In this document: positions 33,965 through 41,919 of the stretch, piece after piece | Layout of the letters: the number at the start of each line of letters is the position of its first letter | Numbering within the stretch: the first letter of the stretch is position 1 | IMG/VR virus record: IMGVR_UViG_3300029778_000002 | Origin: a virus | Length of the DNA: 61,948 bases | Reading direction: 5' to 3' (one strand) | Program-made: the position numbers and the translations under genes | Notes under the pieces: generated by a model | Told to the model about the DNA's origin: nothing | Seen by the model: only the letters and a program-made list of their open reading frames with translations | The model's database searches: none

Positions 33965-34414
33965 TTACTGCTCCTCAGTGCCCTTCACGGGGGCTTCCAG
34001 CACCTTCAGGCCGGGCTGTGCGTTCACAGGGGCGGCCTTCTTGGTCTCCTCCTTCATGTCCTCCGGCAGGATGCCCTCAAAGAATGCGGCCGCGGCCTCG
34101 CCGTTGGAGGCCAGCTTGTAGTACAGGTCGCTGTAGGCCTGGGTGGACATAAAGTCCGCCAGCACCGCATCGTTCTTGATGAATTTCCGGCCGTCCGGGC
34201 TCAGCACACCGTAGCTCTTGCAGATGATCTGCTTGAAGAGCTTTGCAAGCTCCAGCTGGCTCTGGGCGGCAGTGATGCGGTTGATCATCTGCACAAGGCC
34301 GCCCTCGGTGGTCAGCTCCATCTCCATGATCTCGGCACGGGTCAGATTGAAGTAGTAGTCTTCCGTCCGCTCAGTACCGCCAAAGTCCACGGTGGTCATC
34401 GTCTTTTTCAGCAT
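33965..34414 (-). CDS. Tail assembly chaperone (gpG-like, 149 aa)
   Basis: AAAGGAGAAG SD. Acidic protein immediately after the major tail gene. Confidence 0.5.
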   Translation of the reverse strand: MLKKTMTTVDFGGTERTEDYYFNLTRAEIMEMELTTEGGLVQMINRITAAQSQLELAKLFKQIICKSYGVLSPDGRKFIKNDAVLADFMSTQAYSDLYYKLASNGEAAAAFFEGILPEDMKEETKKAAPVNAQPGLKVLEAPVKGTEEQ

Positions 34415-34453
34415 TTTTCTTCTCCTTTATCGTGTTCATTGATGCCTGGCTTC

Positions 34454-35119
34454 TTACACCTGGCCCTCGCTGTCGGTGATCAGCTTGATCAGCTCGTCGG
34501 GGGAAGGCAGGGTCGCCTCGGCAGTCTCGGTGCCCCAGAGCTTGTCCTGAATGGCCTTCACGGTGGCAGGCTTCAGCTTGGCGCAGTCGATCTCCATGTG
34601 GCTGGTGGGGCGGTGGCCGGTCACGCTCACGGGGGAGGTGGTGCACTCCCAGCTGAAGGTGATAGCATCGGGGTTATCGTTGATGGTGGCATAGCTCTTC
34701 TCGCTGGGGGAAGCGGTGCTGTTCCACGCAATGTGGATCTTCTGGCCCACCTCGTCGTCAACGTCGTTGCCCACGGTGGTCACCCAGCTGAAACCAAAGC
34801 CCTGGCGCTTCTGCTGGCCGATGGAAACACCCGTTGCAACCTGTGCGGAACCGTCACAGGGCTCCCACTCGGTAGGGTAGGTGTAGGCTTCGATGGTGTA
34901 GCCGTACTCCTCGGCAGAGCGCAGAGAAGCATACTTGATGTCGTCGGCGTAGAGCTTGGTCTCCTCAGCGCCGGAGGGACTCTCGGCCACGGCGGTCAGG
35001 CCATTCCAGGCCACGCCCTTGTCGTAAGCGCCGGTGTTGTTCATGGGATACAGGACACCCAGCTTGGTGCCCATCTCGTAAAACTTTTCGCCGACCGCGC
35101 CCCAAATCAATCTGGACAT
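34454..35119 (-). CDS. Major tail protein (phi13/TP901-1 type, 221 aa)
   Basis: Start moved to ATG 35119 (TAAGGAGG SD). MSRLIWGAVGEKFYEMGTKLGVLY...AWNGLTAV is a family hallmark. Confidence 0.8.
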   Translation of the reverse strand: MSRLIWGAVGEKFYEMGTKLGVLYPMNNTGAYDKGVAWNGLTAVAESPSGAEETKLYADDIKYASLRSAEEYGYTIEAYTYPTEWEPCDGSAQVATGVSIGQQKRQGFGFSWVTTVGNDVDDEVGQKIHIAWNSTASPSEKSYATINDNPDAITFSWECTTSPVSVTGHRPTSHMEIDCAKLKPATVKAIQDKLWGTETAEATLPSPDELIKLITDSEGQV

Positions 35120-35130
35120 ATAGTTCCTCC

Positions 35131-35448
35131 TTAGATGTAGATCGTAAAAACGGTGTGGTATAATCCGTCCGAAACAAAAGAGCGGTCGTAGGTGCATTTT
35201 GGCAACACACTTACGGCCGCTTTGATCTTGCTGTCAGGGTCTTTGTCCATCACAGTCACCGTGTAGAACGGATGCTGGATGTACACCCTGTTGTTTGCAT
35301 GGTTGTTCCGAATCCTGGTTTCGCTGTACACGATGCAGGGATATTGGAGCTGGAATCCCGCTTTCGGCTGATAATAGAGGTGGATCGACTTTCCGTTCTC
35401 CTTCAGCACTTCGCGCAGGAGCGTGTCAACCTTCAGCCGTGCTTCCAT
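35131..35448 (-). CDS. Putative tail-completion/neck protein (105 aa)
   Basis: GGAGGG SD. Assigned by position in the neck module. Confidence 0.4.
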   Translation of the reverse strand: MEARLKVDTLLREVLKENGKSIHLYYQPKAGFQLQYPCIVYSETRIRNNHANNRVYIQHPFYTVTVMDKDPDSKIKAAVSVLPKCTYDRSFVSDGLYHTVFTIYI

Positions 35449-35755
35449 TCCAGAGCCCTCCCAAGGTCAGGATCAGGCGCGGGTATTGTACCTTCACGCC
35501 GGTCACCTGCCATTTCTGTCCCATAAACACCGCATACCGGAGATCGTAGAGATGGTCGTTCGCAAACGGGTCAGCCAGAATGCTCAACTGGTTTCCAACC
35601 GTGATGTCGGGGTTCACTTTGTCCCCCACCTGCATCTGCCGTCCAAACTCCAGCACGTCCCCGTAATAGGTGCGTTCCGTCATCTTCTCGGTAAATACGC
35701 TGGGGGCGGTCTCCTCCACCTCATCTGCAAATCCCAGCTTCCCGCAGTATCTCAT
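35426..35755 (-). CDS. Putative head-tail adaptor (109 aa)
   Basis: Assigned by position in the neck module. The SD is supplied by AAAATGGAGTGAG upstream. Confidence 0.45.
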   Translation of the reverse strand: MRYCGKLGFADEVEETAPSVFTEKMTERTYYGDVLEFGRQMQVGDKVNPDITVGNQLSILADPFANDHLYDLRYAVFMGQKWQVTGVKVQYPRLILTLGGLWNGSTAEG

Positions 35756-35807
35756 CTCTTCTCACTCCATTTTGATTTGTTGTGACTAACCTTGAAACCT
35801 GAAAAGA

Positions 35808-36074
35808 TCAGGCCTCGTCCGCAGCCATGGTGCAGGTGGTGGGGGTGGTGCCGTCGGTCACGACCACACCGGCAGCCATCAGGGCCACAGGCAGGTAGGT
35901 CTTGTCGGCAGCCATCACGATCAGACGGCCCAGCTTAAAGGCCTTCTCCACGTCAGCCTTCTTGGCCTGAACCTTGTGGGCCTCGTCCTCGTACAGCTTC
36001 TTGTCGGTGTGCAGGTAGGCAACGTAGTTTGCCACGTGCAGGTCATAACCGGTCTCGTAGATGGTGTTCAGCAT
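35808..36074 (-). CDS. Hypothetical head-associated protein (88 aa)
   Basis: Start moved to ATG 36074 (AAAGGATAG SD). Lies directly after the capsid gene. Confidence 0.45.
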   Translation of the reverse strand: MLNTIYETGYDLHVANYVAYLHTDKKLYEDEAHKVQAKKADVEKAFKLGRLIVMAADKTYLPVALMAAGVVVTDGTTPTTCTMAADEA

Positions 36075-36091
36075 AGTTCTATCCTTTCTCT

Positions 36092-37873
36092 TTAAGCAGC
36101 CCACTCAACAGCCATGGCGCTGAACGGGGTGGTCAGAGCGCCGGAGCAGCGGGTCTCGATCAGGTACTTCTGGGCGTTGAAGTCGATGTCGAAGTCGTCG
36201 AACATGGAAACAGCGCCGCCCTTGTCTGCGCCCACGGTGTAGTCGGCCAGGTTCACGATCAGGCAGACCAGGTCACCGCCCTTGGCACCCTTGCGGCCCT
36301 CCATCTCGGGGATGGTCACAATGTTCTTCACACGCAGCTTGCGGGCCAGAGCAGCCTCGTCAGCATACAGCGGGTGGCCGATGCCGTCCTCCAGCAGGAG
36401 CATCTCGGTCAGAGCGTCCTCCGTGGTGAACAGGGTGGGGGTGCCGGAGCCGCGGTACTCCTTGCGGCTGCGCAGGATCTGCTTGATCAGGGCCTTGTAC
36501 TTGTCCTCCACGGTGGTCAGGCCGGTGGTCTTGCACTGGACCTTGATGGTAAACAGGTCGCTGTCGTTGAACACAGGACGGATGCAGTTCTCGTCGATCT
36601 TGTCCTCAGAAGCAGCCAGACGACCGTCGCCCAGCAGGTAAGCCAGAGCCAGCTCACGGTTCAGCTTCAGGCGCATCTCCTGCTTCAGCCATGCCACAAC
36701 GTCAAAGCTGGTAATGTCGATCACGTCGTCGCGGTCCAGCTTCTGCTTCTTGTATACGGTGGTGGGGCTGGTGGAGCGGCGCAGCAGGCCAAAGACCTCT
36801 TCCTTCTTGAAGTTGCCCTTGAAGTAACCCTTTGCGCGGGCATCCTCCTCGGTCAGGTCAGCAAACATGCTCTTGAACCGGCTGAAGGGAATGTGGTGCA
36901 CAGCGCCCATGACCACGCTCACCCAGTCGTCGGGCTTGTCAATGATGCGGGGCGTGGTGTCCAGCAGGTGATCCTCAGGGAACAGCCAGTCGATGTTGTC
37001 GATGCTGTGGGCCAGCTCGTCACTGTCCATGCCGGCATCCTCAAAGGCAGCCTTCATGGTGCCGTGGCTCTTTGCGGTCTTGACCACGTTGTTGATCTCA
37101 TCGATGCTGTGCTTCAGCACGGTTGCGTTGGTATCCTTGTCGAAAACATTCTGCTTCACGGTATCGTCCTCCTCACCGTCATCGTCCTTTTCACTGGGCA
37201 TAACAGAGCCAATGATCGCGTATACGACATTTTTCTGCTTCTCCGTCAGGGTGTTGAACACATCCTCAACGGTCTCTTCTTTGTTCATGTTCTTTTCGTC
37301 CGCCATTTTGGCTTCCTCCTGTGTTACTTTGTCGTCGGTCACGGCATCGCCGCTGTCCGCACTGTGTGTAAGGTCTTCCAGCGGGTTGCCCTCGGGGTCC
37401 ATGCCATGGGTCAGGCTCAGGCCGTCCTCGTTATAGATAAAGGCCTCGCCGCCCTCGTAGTCCTCATCGGCGCTGTGCTTTACCACCTCGTCGATCAGGG
37501 CACCCGGGTTGCATCCGGCCAGTACCAGGCTCACTTCCCGGATAAAGCCGTGCTTCACGGTGCTGCCCACCTTCTTCAGGCCGTTGGCAAAAATGGAAAA
37601 GGCGCTCAGGTCGCCGCTCTCCACGCACTGTCTTGCGGTCTTGCCGGTGTCGGTGTCGTTGAATTTGGCATAGCAGTACACGCCACCTGGCCGGTTCTCC
37701 AGCAGGCAGTGGCCGATCACATTGTCCACGTTGGCGTGGTCGTGGTTGTACACCATGGGCACAACCTTGCCGCTGCACTCCTTAAAGGCATCCTGTGCGA
37801 TCACCAACCCGTCATAGCACCGGACGTTCGCTTTCGTTGCCCAGCCGCTGCAATCGTAGTCAAAATTAACCAT
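36092..37873 (-). CDS. Prohead protease - scaffold-like linker - HK97-fold major capsid protein fusion (593 aa)
   Basis: N-terminal protease-like block (VPMVYNHDHANVDNVIGH), an acidic Lys/Glu linker, and a C-terminal capsid block (DDFDIDFNAQKYLIETRCSGALTTP). ATG 37873 overlaps the portal stop. Confidence 0.75.
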   Translation of the reverse strand: MVNFDYDCSGWATKANVRCYDGLVIAQDAFKECSGKVVPMVYNHDHANVDNVIGHCLLENRPGGVYCYAKFNDTDTGKTARQCVESGDLSAFSIFANGLKKVGSTVKHGFIREVSLVLAGCNPGALIDEVVKHSADEDYEGGEAFIYNEDGLSLTHGMDPEGNPLEDLTHSADSGDAVTDDKVTQEEAKMADEKNMNKEETVEDVFNTLTEKQKNVVYAIIGSVMPSEKDDDGEEDDTVKQNVFDKDTNATVLKHSIDEINNVVKTAKSHGTMKAAFEDAGMDSDELAHSIDNIDWLFPEDHLLDTTPRIIDKPDDWVSVVMGAVHHIPFSRFKSMFADLTEEDARAKGYFKGNFKKEEVFGLLRRSTSPTTVYKKQKLDRDDVIDITSFDVVAWLKQEMRLKLNRELALAYLLGDGRLAASEDKIDENCIRPVFNDSDLFTIKVQCKTTGLTTVEDKYKALIKQILRSRKEYRGSGTPTLFTTEDALTEMLLLEDGIGHPLYADEAALARKLRVKNIVTIPEMEGRKGAKGGDLVCLIVNLADYTVGADKGGAVSMFDDFDIDFNAQKYLIETRCSGALTTPFSAMAVEWAA

Positions 37874-39122
37874 TTTGATTTGCAATACTCCTCTCTACGG
37901 CATCCCGCCCTGCCGTGATTGTTTTGTTCTGCGCCGCAATTTCCTCACTGCTCTGGCTGATGTTTGCATTCCGCAGTTCATCTGCCTTGGGGTCCTTGCT
38001 GGGTTTCATGCCAATGGCCTGCCGGAACTCGTTGGAGGTCATGATCTCGTTGCGGGTAAACTTGTCGGCCATTTCGGCAACGGCGGAAACAGGGGTCAGC
38101 TTGAACGGGTCGCGGAAGTACATCACGGATTCCCGGTTCGCCCGGTCGTCCTCGGTCAGGAACTTCCGCCGGATCTCGTCCACGGCAGCCGCCACAATGG
38201 GTTCGATGGTGCGGTTCTCGTAGTTGGTCATCACAGCATCGGAAGCAGTACCGTTCATGATCTCCGGGGTGATACCCAACTGGCTGTATGCCATGTTGGT
38301 CAGGTACTCCACGGTTTTCAGAAGGTTGTTTTCGAGGCTGCGGTTCAGCTGCGTGATATGCTCCGTGCCATCGGTGTAGGCAATGCCGTATTTGGAACCG
38401 GCGAGCTGCTGTTCGATCTGTGCCCGCCGTTCTTCGGCCTGTTTCTTCCGGGTCTCGCCCTTCACAACGTAGGGCAGCTGGATGATCAGGTCGAGCTTGC
38501 CGCTGCCCACCTGCTCGTCGATCACGTCCATCAGGTTCAGCTTCCGGATCAGGCGCTGCACCGTGCCGTTGGGCTCGTTCATCACGGCATAGAACGGGTT
38601 CTCCACCAGGGCCACCTGTGTCTTCGGCAGGGTGATTTCCTCTTTCCGTCCGGTCCGGTCGTTGTACACTTCCAGCCGCACGTCGTCCGGGTACCATTCC
38701 AGCACCTTTCCCACCCGCATGGATTCGATCCGGGTCTTACCGGTCTTCCCATCGTAGTCCACGTCAATGGGCACCAGCGCAACGCATCCCTCATCCAGCA
38801 TGGAAAGGAACATGTCATATCGCAGTGCCCGGCCCGTCTGGTCCTTATTGCCGGAAAGGTTCAGGCAAGAATTAAGGCCCGAATCAACGGTTTCGTCGTA
38901 GCGTCCGTTTTCATCGAGCCTTACATGATTGATGGTAATTGCCGCAGCGTCCATTGCAATGCGGGTGTTGATGGCCGTCATGATCGTCCGGTCATTGCTT
39001 CGGTTCAGCCTTACCCGGTCGGGGCGGTAGCTGTATCCTTCGCCGCTTCTTCCGGGGGGATCACGGTTCAAAAACGCATTCCAGGCGTGTCTCAGTCTGG
39101 AGCCAAAGGTTTGTGATGTCAT
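37866..39122 (-). CDS. Portal protein (418 aa)
   Basis: GGAGGG SD. Assigned by size and by position upstream of the protease-capsid gene. Confidence 0.75.
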   Translation of the reverse strand: MTSQTFGSRLRHAWNAFLNRDPPGRSGEGYSYRPDRVRLNRSNDRTIMTAINTRIAMDAAAITINHVRLDENGRYDETVDSGLNSCLNLSGNKDQTGRALRYDMFLSMLDEGCVALVPIDVDYDGKTGKTRIESMRVGKVLEWYPDDVRLEVYNDRTGRKEEITLPKTQVALVENPFYAVMNEPNGTVQRLIRKLNLMDVIDEQVGSGKLDLIIQLPYVVKGETRKKQAEERRAQIEQQLAGSKYGIAYTDGTEHITQLNRSLENNLLKTVEYLTNMAYSQLGITPEIMNGTASDAVMTNYENRTIEPIVAAAVDEIRRKFLTEDDRANRESVMYFRDPFKLTPVSAVAEMADKFTRNEIMTSNEFRQAIGMKPSKDPKADELRNANISQSSEEIAAQNKTITAGRDAVERSIANQNG

Positions 39123-39138
39123 TTTGATTCCCTCCGGC

Positions 39139-39591
39139 TTACACTTCTGTGTATTGAGCGTACATACGGCCTCTCGTTTCGTTCTTATACGCTTTTTCCG
39201 CCGCCATATTTGTGAGCGCCCTTGCTACGGCATGTTTGGCCGCATTTTTAGCAGCCGAACTAACTTTACCTCCAGTCAGATAGTCATAGACATATACGCT
39301 TGCTACCGCCCTTGAAACAGCCTTTCCTCGTGCAATTCGCTTCTTTTCTCTCTCCACAGCGGTCTTTTTATCCATTCCCTTGGAATAATCCTTTTCGATT
39401 CGGTTTGCGCCTTTAACGCCATAGTCCATTCGATACATTGTTTTTTGATAACTTGTAAGCTTACGATCAGGGTCGCCATATTTTTTCTTTCCCGCCGCAG
39501 TTAAAGTACCATCAGGGTTCTGGTAACGCCGTACACCCCACTTCATGCCCTTGATGCCATGATGATACAGCTCATCTTTATAAACTTGCAT
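39139..39591 (-). CDS. YHxGIKGMKWGVRR-leader family protein A (150 aa)
   Basis: Start moved to ATG 39591 (AAGGAGG SD). N-terminus MQVYKDELYHHGIKGMKWGVRRYQNPDGTLTAAGKKKY. Confidence 0.6.
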   Translation of the reverse strand: MQVYKDELYHHGIKGMKWGVRRYQNPDGTLTAAGKKKYGDPDRKLTSYQKTMYRMDYGVKGANRIEKDYSKGMDKKTAVEREKKRIARGKAVSRAVASVYVYDYLTGGKVSSAAKNAAKHAVARALTNMAAEKAYKNETRGRMYAQYTEV

Positions 39592-39601
39592 TTTTTCCTC
39601 C

Positions 39602-40030
39602 TTATGCACCATGTGCCTTCATCGTTGCGGTCAGTGCGCATCCAACAACAGCGTTCTTAAACGCCCCAGATTCAACAATACTCTTGCCGAGCTTCATCGC
39701 GTTCGAACCATTATTATAAAGCGTTGTAACAGTCCCAAGCGCCGTGGCAGTTGCTCCGGCAATTTTAATGGCTTTCTGTAGCTTGCTGGGAGAAGCAGTA
39801 AGCCGTTCATACTGTTGCTCTTTCTGCAATCGATTGATTCGAGCATTCAGTTCGCTGTCACTCATTTCACGGACACTTTTCTTTGTATGTGCTCGTGTAT
39901 AGTCCTCGTGATCTTGACTATAGTGTTTCTTTCCTTCAGAAGTAAGTGTACCATCCTTGTTCTGGTATCGTCGCACGCCCCATTTCATGCCCTTGATGCC
40001 CCAATGATAAAGTTCATCCCTGTATACCAT
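39602..40030 (-). CDS. YHxGIKGMKWGVRR-leader family protein B (142 aa)
   Basis: Start moved to ATG 40030 (GAGGAGGTG SD). N-terminus MVYRDELYHWGIKGMKWGVRRYQNKDGTLTSEGKKHY. Confidence 0.6.
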   Translation of the reverse strand: MVYRDELYHWGIKGMKWGVRRYQNKDGTLTSEGKKHYSQDHEDYTRAHTKKSVREMSDSELNARINRLQKEQQYERLTASPSKLQKAIKIAGATATALGTVTTLYNNGSNAMKLGKSIVESGAFKNAVVGCALTATMKAHGA

Positions 40031-40098
40031 AATGTTCACCTCCTCACAAACAAAAAAAACGCACCAGCAATTAAGCTGATGCATTCAGATGTACCGTA

Positions 40099-40302
40099 TT
40101 ACGGAATGATGTCTAAAATAGATTCGCACATCGTTCCTATCTCATTTGGAAAGTAATTGTCATCCAGCCCCCGATATTCCAGTTCATCGCCGACTCGTTC
40201 TTCGATTTCGGCCCACTCATCGGAAAAATTATCGATTTTGGTATAATCGTAATCAAGCCCCAGACTTTTCAAAAAATCGATCTGTTTCTCGGTAAGCATC
40301 AT
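40099..40302 (-). CDS. Small acidic protein, immunity/antitoxin candidate (67 aa)
   Basis: Starts 4 nt after the stop of the toxin-like gene. Rich in D/E. Confidence 0.45.
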   Translation of the reverse strand: MMLTEKQIDFLKSLGLDYDYTKIDNFSDEWAEIEERVGDELEYRGLDDNYFPNEIGTMCESILDIIP

Positions 40303-40305
40303 GGA

Positions 40306-40728
40306 TCACCTCTTAGTGTATTTTCGGATTACATCATGCCCTGTTTTCCAGACAGTCGTGACACAGCCATTTTCGGGGTTTACGTTTACCGTAGCGTGCT
40401 GGCCAATAAACCGTTGACTAGGCTGTCCCTTCTCATTATACCGCACCTTTATTGTATCAGAGTTTAGCGGCTTTTGCAACGCATCCAGCAATCCTTCCAG
40501 AGTCACCTGTCTGGTAGGGTCTTGGGTACGGTCCAGTGCATGAATCGATAGACCTTTCACAAGGACACCATTTGAGGTATAAAATGGTTTTCTGAATTTC
40601 CGAGCAGCTCTCGCTTCGATTGAATATCGGTCATGCGCGAGTTGTTCTTTTGTCCTCCGAACACCCCACTTCATACCTTTGATTCCGTAATGGTACAGTT
40701 CCGTTGTACCATCATTCCATCGCCACAT
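40306..40728 (-). CDS. Leader-family protein C with C-terminal RNase-toxin-like domain (140 aa)
   Basis: Start moved to ATG 40728 (AAAGGGG SD). N-terminus LYHYGIKGMKWGVRR. The C-terminus IHALDRTQDPTRQVTLEGLLDAL...FIGQHATVNVNPENGCVTTVWKTG resembles DUF4258/BECR-fold toxins. Confidence 0.5.
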   Translation of the reverse strand: MWRWNDGTTELYHYGIKGMKWGVRRTKEQLAHDRYSIEARAARKFRKPFYTSNGVLVKGLSIHALDRTQDPTRQVTLEGLLDALQKPLNSDTIKVRYNEKGQPSQRFIGQHATVNVNPENGCVTTVWKTGHDVIRKYTKR

Positions 40729-40750
40729 TTCTGCCCCTTTCGATTTTCTA

Positions 40751-40779
40751 TTGCAAATTACTTTCCTATGTTGTATGAT
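40751..40779 (+). promoter_or_regulatory. Sigma-A type promoter for the plus-strand moron
   Basis: TTGCAA (40751-40756), 17-nt spacer, TATGAT (40774-40779). GAGGAGG SD and ATG 40808 follow. Confidence 0.6.
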
Positions 40780-40807
40780 AAACATATCAACATGAGGAGG
40801 ACTCACC

Positions 40808-41860
40808 ATGGCGGACGACAAACAGCTTTCCATGCAGAACCTTAATTGCGAAGTGACCGCAAGCGATGTTTCTTTTGATTTTGGCGATACATCCCGCTTT
40901 CGGAAGATTAAATTTCCGGAGCAGGCTGGCATTACAGCAAACGCCCTTCTACAGCTGGTTCCGGCGCAGCTTGTGGCTGGCACGGCATCCAATCTGTATG
41001 TTCTCCATTTTCCGAAGGGCATTCAGGGGGCTTTAATGAACCTCCATCAGGGCGGTCAGTCCACCACAATGATAGACGCAGCAGGCAGTTTTGCCGGAAG
41101 TGCATCTCTGTATAAGGTCAATCCCACAGCAGTTGCTGCCTTCCAGATGTTCAGTGTAGCATCTTTTGCAACAGGCCAGTATTTTCTTGCAGATATCAGC
41201 TCCAAGCTGACAGAGGTCAACCGGAAGCTGGACGACCTTCTGGCATTCCTTCAGGCATCCAAGCGTACTGAGCTGCTGTCAGAGCTTACCTTCGTAAAAT
41301 ATGCGCTCGCAAATTACGCAACTATCATGCTCAGTGAACCGCAGCGCATGGCTACGATCGGGAATCTTCAGCGAGCAAAAATCAAAGCGGTTGCGGACAT
41401 AGAATTTTACACAGAGCAGCTGGAGAGTTCTGCTGCTGCAAAGTCCAACGAAAATCAAGCAAAAACTGTATTGCAGAACAAACAAGGAATTGATCTCGCC
41501 TCGCAGCTTTACGCCATCAGCACGATCATGGAAGCGTATTATTCGCAAAACTGGAACCAATCCTATCTTGCAAATATCAGCGCTGATGCAAAGCCTCTGT
41601 TTGCACTGACGCAGAACCGCATGATCAGTGCCATAACAAAATTCTCCGACAGAATCAGCAAGGACCTTGAAAGTAAGAAAAAGGGCCTGCTGAAAGGTGA
41701 TGTATCACAGAGCGAACATAAAGTTCTGAAACTGTACGACACTCTGAATTCGCAATCGGAGACTCCGCTTCTTGCGTTTATTGAAGAAGCACTGGACAAG
41801 CCCTCCGAGCCATTTGAACTCTACCTCCGTTCTGACGGAAGTGTTTATCAAAAAATCTAA
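40808..41860 (+). CDS. Unknown-function protein (350 aa), opposite-strand moron
   Basis: Own promoter, SD and terminator. Reads as mostly helical. Inserted between terL and portal. No family recognised by eye. Confidence 0.7.
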   Translation: MADDKQLSMQNLNCEVTASDVSFDFGDTSRFRKIKFPEQAGITANALLQLVPAQLVAGTASNLYVLHFPKGIQGALMNLHQGGQSTTMIDAAGSFAGSASLYKVNPTAVAAFQMFSVASFATGQYFLADISSKLTEVNRKLDDLLAFLQASKRTELLSELTFVKYALANYATIMLSEPQRMATIGNLQRAKIKAVADIEFYTEQLESSAAAKSNENQAKTVLQNKQGIDLASQLYAISTIMEAYYSQNWNQSYLANISADAKPLFALTQNRMISAITKFSDRISKDLESKKKGLLKGDVSQSEHKVLKLYDTLNSQSETPLLAFIEEALDKPSEPFELYLRSDGSVYQKI

Positions 41861-41871
41861 AAACAAGAAAC

Positions 41872-41919
41872 CGCCAGAGTACTACGTTCTGTTCCGTAAT
41901 ACGCTGGCGATTTTGTTTT
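41872..41919 (+). terminator. Terminator of the plus-strand moron (possibly bidirectional)
   Basis: CGCCAG...CTGGCG hairpin followed by ATTTTGTTTT. It abuts the terL stop. Confidence 0.55.

Noticed and set aside
33229-34414. Canonical gpG/gpGT -1 programmed frameshift in the tail chaperone genes
   Set aside because: The two candidate chaperone ORFs are separated by a 145-nt gap containing a stop-terminated mini-ORF. I saw no overlapping -1 frame and no slippery heptamer at the end of 33965..34414.
40729-41022. 98-codon N-terminal extension of the toxin-like ORF (track 40306..41022)
   Set aside because: The extension overlaps the divergent promoter and 5' end of the plus-strand gene, has no SD, and precedes a good AAAGGGG-ATG. 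That ATG places the conserved leader at the same distance from the N-terminus as in the paralogs.
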